From Cenarchaeum sp. (GTDB taxonomy: Archaea; Thermoproteota; Nitrososphaeria; Nitrososphaerales; Nitrosopumilaceae), in assembly GCA_965242695.1 (NCBI GenBank), contig CBDESU010000001.1:1856001-1920000 (forward strand): a stretch of DNA of 64,000 nucleotides, in the 5' to 3' direction. A program made the translations under genes and the position numbers. Under the pieces are notes generated by a model. That model searched no databases, had not been told where the DNA came from, and was given only the letters and a program-made list of their open reading frames with translations. Shown piece after piece: positions 57,161 to 64,000 of the stretch (its first letter is position 1; each line of letters starts with the position of its first letter).

Positions 57161-58929
57161 CTGTGTGCGAATACGGCCGCCGTGCGCGACTCCTTGCGGC
57201 AGTATCCGAACCGGACGAACTGGACGAGCGCGCCGTCCTCGACGCTCGCATAGTGCGGCTCTGCCAGGGCGCGCACCTCTTCAAGGCTGTTCTCGTCGAA
57301 CCTCTCGCCGTCGGGGAACGGCTCGCGCGGCACAAGGATGCGGATCTCGATCGAGCCGTCGCGCGGCACCCACTGTACGCGCGGCGCCCCGTCGCGCATG
57401 TCGTCGCCGTCGTACGAGCCGGACAGTCGGGCGCCGGCGCCGCCTGCGCCTATGCGCACGTTGCCCAGCCCCAAGAGCCGCACTGTAGAGCCGGGCGAGA
57501 GCTTGTCGGCATCGTCCTCCTCGATGCACACGGCGCCGCCGCCCGTGGGCACCTCCCTCGTGCCCATCGACTCGTCGGACGGGTGGTTGCGCAGCGCAAC
57601 CGCTGGGCCGCCCTCCCAGCCGGACACGTCGAGCTCGACGGGGCGCCTCACCATGAACAGGCGGATGCTCGAGGCGTCCACGGCCTTGCGGTTGAGCGCC
57701 TCCAGCGTGGCAAACGGCGCCGTCGTGTCGGCCTTTGTGAGGCCGAGCGACAGGACGAACCGCCGCACCGCATCAGGCGAGATGCCGCGCCTCTTGAGCG
57801 CCTCGAGCGTGGGCAGGCGCGGGTCGTCGTACCACGAGACCTTGCCGCTCTCGATGAGCGGGCGTATGATCCGCTTCGAGACAGGCATGCCCTTTAGCTC
57901 GAGCCGCGAGAATTCGATGACGCGCGGCGCGCGCATGCCGAGGCGGCCGAGCAGGTCGGCGTACAGCTCGTTGCGCAGCTCGTACTCCTTGGTGCGGAAC
58001 GCGTGCGTGACGCCGTCTGCGCTGTCCTCGACGGCGACGGCCATGTCGTAGCTGGGCCAGACGCGGTGCTTGGTCCCGAGCAGCGGGTGCCGCGCGCCGA
58101 TTATGCGGAACAGTACGGGGTCGCGCATTACGGTGTTCGGCGAGGACATGTCGCCGCGGAGGCGGGCGGCGGCCTCGCCAGGCTTGAACTTTGCAAACAT
58201 CTTTTCCCACCGCTCCGCATGATCATCCCTCGAGCGGCACTTGCACTCGGACATCTCGCGGCGGTTCTTGGAGACGCGGTCGCGCTTGCACGTGCACACG
58301 TACGCGTCGCCCGAGTCGACGAGCTGCTGCCCCCTTTCGGCGATCATCTCGATGTCGTCGGACGTGTTCTTAATCGAGTCGTACCCTACGCCGAGCCACT
58401 CGAGCCCGACCTTGATGGCCGCATAGTACTCTAGGCGCTCGCTCTCGGGGTTCGTGTCGTCCATGCGCAGCAGCATACGGCCGTCGTACATGCGCGCGTA
58501 CTCTTCGTTGATGATGGCAGCCTTTGCGTGGCCGATGTGCGGGTAGCCGTTCGGCTCGGGCGGGAACCTCGTGACGACCCTGCCGCGCTCGGCGCCCTCG
58601 AGCTCGGGCAGTCCCGTGCCGCGCGACGGGTCGGGGGCCTTGCCGGCCTGCTCGGCGGCGGGGGCCTCGGCGGCGCCGAGCGCGCCCGGCCACGCCTCCT
58701 CCAGCGCGGCGCGCTGGCGCTCGGGGTCCATTGCGTTGACCTCTTCGACTATCGGAGGGACGATGGACGAGGCAAGCTCGGCCGCGCGCGGCCGCAGGTC
58801 GGCGCGCGACCCGAGCAGCCTTGCGAGGACGACCTTTGGCATGGTCTTGCCGCCGTGCTGTACGGCGTTGAGCAGCGCCTGGCGGCGAGCCTCATCTGCC
58901 GCGCCGGTGCCGCTGTCGTCCCCCGACAT
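57157..58929 (-). CDS. gltX: Glutamyl-tRNA synthetase
   Basis: RFPPEPNGYPHIGH, RMDDTNP, VSKR, QFVRFGY. Confidence 0.95.
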   Translation of the reverse strand: MSGDDSGTGAADEARRQALLNAVQHGGKTMPKVVLARLLGSRADLRPRAAELASSIVPPIVEEVNAMDPERQRAALEEAWPGALGAAEAPAAEQAGKAPDPSRGTGLPELEGAERGRVVTRFPPEPNGYPHIGHAKAAIINEEYARMYDGRMLLRMDDTNPESERLEYYAAIKVGLEWLGVGYDSIKNTSDDIEMIAERGQQLVDSGDAYVCTCKRDRVSKNRREMSECKCRSRDDHAERWEKMFAKFKPGEAAARLRGDMSSPNTVMRDPVLFRIIGARHPLLGTKHRVWPSYDMAVAVEDSADGVTHAFRTKEYELRNELYADLLGRLGMRAPRVIEFSRLELKGMPVSKRIIRPLIESGKVSWYDDPRLPTLEALKRRGISPDAVRRFVLSLGLTKADTTAPFATLEALNRKAVDASSIRLFMVRRPVELDVSGWEGGPAVALRNHPSDESMGTREVPTGGGAVCIEEDDADKLSPGSTVRLLGLGNVRIGAGGAGARLSGSYDGDDMRDGAPRVQWVPRDGSIEIRILVPREPFPDGERFDENSLEEVRALAEPHYASVEDGALVQFVRFGYCRKESRTAAVFAHR

Positions 58930-59397
58930 GCGCGACGGGGCGGCAGGCGGCGCTTTAAACCGTAGTCGGGGCCGGCGGCGCATCGCGGGCAAACGTCCAG
59001 TCCGTATTACACGCCAGCGGACCGAGGCGCTGCGCCCCGATGCGGCGCAAAGCAGTAGGCGGCGGGTGGCCTGAGCATACACTCCCGATCGGCAGGCATG
59101 CCACGATCAGCTCGGGTCACAGGCAGGGGCGCGGCGGAGACCGGCCAGCCGCGCGTGCAGGCGGCGGCAGGGCTTTGCTAGCGCCCATGGTCTGCCGTCG
59201 CACCTCCGGGAGGGTGCGCCTCCAGCCGCAGATGCAGCCCAGTGCCGAGCCAGTGCGAGCCGCAGACCGCGTCCTAGCGGACGGCAAGAATGTCCGCGGC
59301 ACTGCCGTCCCGCTGCCATGCCTGTCCCGTCGACTTGGATCCCGCGCACCATAGCAAGAGTGGTTTATATAATAAACCAGGAACCGGGTTTGTGAGC

Positions 59398-60126
59398 ATG
59401 CTCCAAAAGACCGCATACAGGGCAGGCCCCGCATCGGAGACCTCGGCCGCCCCGACCGTGGCAATGCCGAGGGAGGGCGAGATGTTCAGCGACGAAGAGC
59501 TTCATGCCAGGTTCGGCGTGCCGATGCAAGGCGGCATTCGCGTTAGCAGGGAGAACAGGTGCATAGTGCTTGTAGGCCGACCAAGTGGAGGAGTGGGCCA
59601 GATGGGCGCGGACCGCGGCGCCCGCATCCTGTACACGGGACAAGATTCCGATCGCACGGGCGCCCATGACCAAGAGATGTCCGGTGGGAATCTCGCCCTG
59701 AGCCGCTCGAAAAAGGAGGGATATACAGTCCTCTACTTCACAAAAGAGGGCGGCGGGATGGTGTTCAACTCTCGCGTAGAGTGCGACTCGCATGAATTTG
59801 AGTTCGGGGCAAGCTGGGGCGAGCAGCCCCGTACGGTGATCAGGTTCAACCTGCGGGCCGTAGGGAGAGATGATCAGGCCCTGCGGAAGCATGCCAGTGG
59901 TATAGAGCCAGCGAAAGAACACATAAAATCGGCTGCGCTGAGTGCCGCAGGCGGGCGGGCAAGGATCGAGGCAATAGACTCACCACCCTTGACGCCCGAG
60001 GAGATTTCCGCCATTAAGAAGTTCTTTGCCGGACCGGAACCCACCACTATATCCAAAGAAGAGTTTCTCAGCATCGTCACAGATGACAAAAAGCTTAAGG
60101 ATCGTATCCAACACTGGAATTCTTGA
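59398..60126 (+). CDS. SRA-like (modified-base reader) domain protein without nuclease
   Basis: FGVPMQGGIRVS...IVLV...ILYTGQ...DQEMSGGNLAL...VLYF; TTTATATA promoter. Confidence 0.65.
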   Translation: MLQKTAYRAGPASETSAAPTVAMPREGEMFSDEELHARFGVPMQGGIRVSRENRCIVLVGRPSGGVGQMGADRGARILYTGQDSDRTGAHDQEMSGGNLALSRSKKEGYTVLYFTKEGGGMVFNSRVECDSHEFEFGASWGEQPRTVIRFNLRAVGRDDQALRKHASGIEPAKEHIKSAALSAAGGRARIEAIDSPPLTPEEISAIKKFFAGPEPTTISKEEFLSIVTDDKKLKDRIQHWNS

Positions 60127-60351
60127 CAGCACAAAAGTGTCGCATGCCTTTTAATTGTCATTGGTGATAATGATAGGTCTTACGAAGATTGATTGTTCAA
60201 ATTGCAAAATATATAACACTAGAGAGAAGCTTGACACAGTATCTTACACACTCCCGCACACATCACTGCCGTGCTAGGCTGTCCCACTGGTTCTCGCGTC
60301 CTACTAGCACAAAAACTCTAAATAGCCCCCTCCCCCCGTCTGCCCGTAAAA

Positions 60352-61335
60352 TTGAAAATGAGTGATTGTAAAGCGGCGGATGCGGTCTGGGCAGCTACAG
60401 CTAAACTGCATCGGGACAACCCAAACACCAAAGCGTTTTCTAGCGGAGAAATATACAACATGGTTCGAGAGTTAGGATTCACTAATATGGCAAAAAACAC
60501 GATCAAAAGTAATATTAATGCATATTGCGTGGCTAAACACCCTGTTCTTCCGAGTTACAAATATAGCCGAATGTACAGACACCGTAAGCTAGTCAAAGAA
60601 AATAAAAAGTACAGATTGTATTGCGATGGCGAGCCCTATGAGCCTATGAGGAAGGACGGTGCGATAGTGCCGGAAGAAGACCCACCAGGATGTCAAGGAT
60701 TTATCAAGTGGTACCGTGATGAATACTGCGGGGGCAAAACACCGTCGTCACCTAATGCATCGAATGATCCCGATCCCACCAATCCACAAACAGAGCGTGC
60801 AGTCACAAATCCCCAGTCCAATCACGATCAGGTATCCATCGTTGCTGGCAGCAAGTCGCAGAACCAGGCAGGTTTAAACAGGGGTGTAAAAGACGAACCG
60901 GTCGGCATAGTGATGCTCGCAAAAAAGGAGAGTGTTCCACCACCCAAGACGATCGAGGTAGTGACACGGTTTGTAAGGAACACAAAAGAAGTAAAACGAA
61001 TCAAAAATCTATATGATGACAGATGCCAAGTATGCGGATATACGATCGACATCCCGACAGGCAGATACAGTGAGGTTCACCACCTCCATCCACTCGGGGA
61101 AAAGGGCTGCGATGACAGTTCCAACATGATAGTCTTGTGTCCCACACATCATGTCGAATTTGACTACGCGGTGGCAGGCATCACCGATGACGGCATCAGT
61201 GTAGTCGACAGGTATGGCAAAACCGTGCGTAAGATGAGCATGCCATTAAAGCATCCACTTGACCAAAAAAACATAAAGCATCACCGAGAGAGAATGCGGC
61301 GTGCGGGTGCATCTAGGATGAGCCGGCGGGACTAG
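60352..61335 (+). CDS. HNH endonuclease with N-terminal winged-helix-like domain
   Basis: LYDDRCQVCG, EVHHLHPL, NMIVLCPTHHVEFD; AT-rich. Confidence 0.85.
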   Translation: MKMSDCKAADAVWAATAKLHRDNPNTKAFSSGEIYNMVRELGFTNMAKNTIKSNINAYCVAKHPVLPSYKYSRMYRHRKLVKENKKYRLYCDGEPYEPMRKDGAIVPEEDPPGCQGFIKWYRDEYCGGKTPSSPNASNDPDPTNPQTERAVTNPQSNHDQVSIVAGSKSQNQAGLNRGVKDEPVGIVMLAKKESVPPPKTIEVVTRFVRNTKEVKRIKNLYDDRCQVCGYTIDIPTGRYSEVHHLHPLGEKGCDDSSNMIVLCPTHHVEFDYAVAGITDDGISVVDRYGKTVRKMSMPLKHPLDQKNIKHHRERMRRAGASRMSRRD

Positions 61336-62318
61336 CGGCTCCTCTCCACCACAAAGTCGAGCAGTGAAGACAACTCGGCCGCGGCCGGCCCCGTCCTGCC
61401 CGCAAGCGACCGGCGCGCCTTGCCCGCGTACAGGGAGGCCCTGCGGCGGACCTCCCCGTCTATCCCCATGCCGCGTATGGCCGCCACGGCGGCGGCCAGA
61501 TCGGACTTGGAGGCGCGCCTGTTGCCGAGGCACTTTTCAATCAGCTTCTTGTCTGGGCCGGCGGCCGACTCGGTCGCCATCAGTATGGGCAGCGACTTTT
61601 TGCCCTCGCGCAGGTCGTTGCCGACGGGCTTTTTCGTCACCGCGGGGTCGCCCATGACGCCGATCAGGTCGTCGGTAATCTGGAATGCGATGCCCAGGTT
61701 GCGGCCGAACGAGGCGAGCCGCGAGACGTCGCGGCGCGGCGCGCCGGCGCAGATGGCGCCCATCGCGCACGCCGCGTCGAACAGGGCGGCGGTCTTCTTG
61801 GAGACCATCTCGAGGTATTCGCCCTCGGACGGCGTATGGGCGCTGCCGGCCATCTCCATGTCGAGCATCTGCCCCTCGCAGACCATCGTGCACGCAGCGG
61901 CAAGCCGCGCCGCCAAAAGGGCCGACCGCTCGGCGCCGACCCGCGGGCCCAAGACTGCCTCGAACGCCTTTGAGAACAGCACATCGCCGGCCAGTATGGC
62001 CACGGGCGTTCCGAACCTGCGGTGGACGGTCGGCACGCCGTGGCGCACCTCGTCGTTGTCCATGATGTCGTCGTGGACCAGGGTAAAGTTGTGGACCATC
62101 TCGACGGCGGAGGCGGCAGGCATGGCCGCGGCCGCCGTCCCGCCTAGCGCCTCGCAGCTCTTGATTGCCATGTGGGGGCGCAGGCGCTTGCCGCCGCTTG
62201 CGACAAGGTGCGTCGCCGCCTCGTACAGCCCCCGCGGGCGGCCGCGCCCCATGCGCGCGGCAATGTCGGCGCTCACGCGAGCCGCGCTGCGCTCGAGCGC
62301 GGTCCCTTTTCCGCTCAC
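61332..62318 (-). CDS. Geranylgeranyl diphosphate synthase
   Basis: GGKRLRP, HDDIMDND..RHG, GQ.LD, KTA, FQITDD. Confidence 0.95.
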   Translation of the reverse strand: MSGKGTALERSAARVSADIAARMGRGRPRGLYEAATHLVASGGKRLRPHMAIKSCEALGGTAAAAMPAASAVEMVHNFTLVHDDIMDNDEVRHGVPTVHRRFGTPVAILAGDVLFSKAFEAVLGPRVGAERSALLAARLAAACTMVCEGQMLDMEMAGSAHTPSEGEYLEMVSKKTAALFDAACAMGAICAGAPRRDVSRLASFGRNLGIAFQITDDLIGVMGDPAVTKKPVGNDLREGKKSLPILMATESAAGPDKKLIEKCLGNRRASKSDLAAAVAAIRGMGIDGEVRRRASLYAGKARRSLAGRTGPAAAELSSLLDFVVERSR

Positions 62319-62980
62319 CGCCCGGCCAGCCTCCATTGGTCGTCGGGCAGGTGCGCGCGTATGGCCCCGCGCAGCGCGCCGCGAAAGGGCGCCGCCGTCC
62401 ATGGGTCCAGGGACCGCCCGTGCCGCGCGAGCGCGCCCGCATCCGACTCGGGCAGCAGGTACAGCGCGATGAGCATCCACGGGCAGTACCGCGACGGGTC
62501 GGCCGCTATCGAACCGGACGGGTCGCCGGCGTCCAGCCATGCCGTCTCGCTGATCTCCCCGTCGACTGGCCTCGGCGCGGCGCCGTCCCCGACGAGTCCG
62601 GCGAGCGTGCCGCATATCTCGTTCTCCGATCCTATGTCGCGGTACGGCGCGTGGTACTCGAACTTGAACAGGTAGTCTAGGCCGCACTCGAGGCCGAGCT
62701 CCTCAGGGAGGCGCCTCTGCGCCGAGGTCACGTACGTCTCGGAGCGGCGCGGGTGGCTCGCGACCGTCCCGTCCCAGTCGCCGGGCCAGAGCATCTTTGA
62801 TGCGCTGCGCCGGGTGATCAGCAGCCGGCCGGCGCCGTCGAACAGGAGCGCCGTGAACGCGCGGTGCAGCCTGCCGCCGGGCAGGTGGCAGCTCGTCTTT
62901 TCGGCCGTGCCGATGTCCTTGTCGTCCTCGTCGACGAGTATGACATAGTCCTCGCCGGCGGCGGCAGTCCCGGCGGCCAC
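62315..62980 (-). CDS. idi: Isopentenyl-diphosphate delta-isomerase, type 1
   Basis: LHRAFT, RR...K..WPG, SHP, RRL.EELG, ENEIC. Confidence 0.9.
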   Translation of the reverse strand: MAAGTAAAGEDYVILVDEDDKDIGTAEKTSCHLPGGRLHRAFTALLFDGAGRLLITRRSASKMLWPGDWDGTVASHPRRSETYVTSAQRRLPEELGLECGLDYLFKFEYHAPYRDIGSENEICGTLAGLVGDGAAPRPVDGEISETAWLDAGDPSGSIAADPSRYCPWMLIALYLLPESDAGALARHGRSLDPWTAAPFRGALRGAIRAHLPDDQWRLAGR

Positions 62981-63822
62981 TAGCGCCCCGCCCCCGCGAA
63001 CAGCGTGCCCTTGAACCGCCCGGGCCGACGCCCCTTTCCGCGGCCGGCCGCGGCGGCCGCCTCGAGTATGCGGCCCGGCTCGCCTCCGTTGACGAACGCC
63101 ACGTCGATTCCGGCGCCGGCCAGTCGGGCGGCCTCTAGCACCTTGCGCCGGATGCCGCCCGTGACGTCCAGGACAGACGCCTTTTTCCCCCGCCCCGTCC
63201 CGCCGCCGCCGCCGGAGGCGGAGCCGTCGAGCGACCCCGCAATCCTGCCGGCCTCGGCGGCCCCGACGCGCGGGATCAGCTTGAGCGAGTCCATGTCCTC
63301 GTACAGGCCGTCCACGTCGGTCGCAAATATCGCAAGGCGCGGGCGCAGCGCAAGCGAGAGCATCCGCACCAGGCGGTCTCCCGACATGATGTAGGCCATG
63401 CCGCCGCGGCGCCACAGCGCATCGCCGTACGTGACGGGCACGAGTCCAGACCCCGCGATGCGGCCGGCCTCGCGCACGGCCGGGCCGCTTGCCGCATCCC
63501 TCCCGGGCGCGACCAGCGCATGCGGAGGGATCGCGTACGTGCCCACGCCCCCCTTGGCCAACTCTCGGAGGACGATCGCATCAAGGTCGACCATCGAGTT
63601 CTTGACGGCCGCCACGGCAGCAGGCGGGTGCCTGGCCGGCTCCGTGTGCATGTCGTGCCGGACCGACCAGTAGTGGCCGAACGAGCCGCCCCCGTGGACT
63701 ACGATCAGCGGCTCTTCGAGCCCCGCCAGGTCGCCGGCCATCGACGCGACGGCCTTTGGGCGCGCCGTCAGCGGCCGCCCCTTGTTCGTAATGACCGACC
63801 CGCCGAGCTTTACGATGATCAT
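62980..63822 (-). CDS. ipk: Isopentenyl phosphate kinase
   Basis: KLGGSVITNK, VHGGGSFGH, SGD, DVTGGI. Confidence 0.9.
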   Translation of the reverse strand: MIIVKLGGSVITNKGRPLTARPKAVASMAGDLAGLEEPLIVVHGGGSFGHYWSVRHDMHTEPARHPPAAVAAVKNSMVDLDAIVLRELAKGGVGTYAIPPHALVAPGRDAASGPAVREAGRIAGSGLVPVTYGDALWRRGGMAYIMSGDRLVRMLSLALRPRLAIFATDVDGLYEDMDSLKLIPRVGAAEAGRIAGSLDGSASGGGGGTGRGKKASVLDVTGGIRRKVLEAARLAGAGIDVAFVNGGEPGRILEAAAAAGRGKGRRPGRFKGTLFAGAGR

Positions 63823-63921
63823 GCCGCCGCGGGGGCCGCGGCGGGTGGCCGTTAAAAACCATCGCGGGCAGGGCCCCCATTCGGGATGCGCCGGATGGCA
63901 GCCCCGGCCGGACGGGGCCGC

Positions 63922-64000
63922 CTAGCCCCCGACTCCGTGCTTTCTCATCAGGGCGTGGATGCCCGGCTCGCCGACGGCGCCCATCATGCGGTCCACGGGC
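63922..64000 (-). CDS. 3' end of a probable thioredoxin (runs off window)
   Basis: PVDRMMGAVGEPGIHALMRKHGVGG-stop. Confidence 0.55.
   Translation of the reverse strand, partial: PVDRMMGAVGEPGIHALMRKHGVGG

Noticed and set aside
62315-62980. Type 1 IDI in an archaeon
   Set aside because: Already known in this lineage

Overview
High-GC archaeal chromosome segment, almost certainly Nitrososphaerota (Thaumarchaeota, Nitrosopumilaceae/Cenarchaeum-like). This is inferred from the thaumarchaeosortase, ThiS-MoeB fusion, type 1 IDI and archaeal TATA/leaderless starts; the high GC and TPR expansion suggest a sponge or other animal symbiont. The housekeeping backbone (nreA, dinB, Alba, dys, GGR, thrC, bud32, rdgB, taw1, dus, corA, gltX, gds-idi-ipk, tRNA-Lys(CTT), tRNA-His(GTG)) is interrupted by single defence/conflict cassettes with no visible mobility genes. 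Main candidate system: all three type IIG-like restriction-modification genes are tied to slippage-prone repeats. Two paralogues carry a poly-C tract at the same MTase/TRD junction (C12 out of frame, C10 in frame). The third sits behind a (GGC)69-(CAGG)46 block whose reading frame ends in a TTGA overlap with the RM start. Together these suggest phase-variable methylation/restriction in an archaeon. Also noted: a triplicated mosaic antitoxin array before a PIN toxin, a roughly 650-nt hairpin-rich candidate ncRNA, an ART-like toxin with a duplicated partner next to tRNA-Lys, a split SRA + HNH type IV-like pair, four tandem 16-bp palindromes before an archaeal ATPase, and an Alba read-through fusion with a 45-bp VNTR. 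Homopolymer and microsatellite lengths could be assembly errors and need read-level checking. All family calls come from motif recognition; no database search was run.
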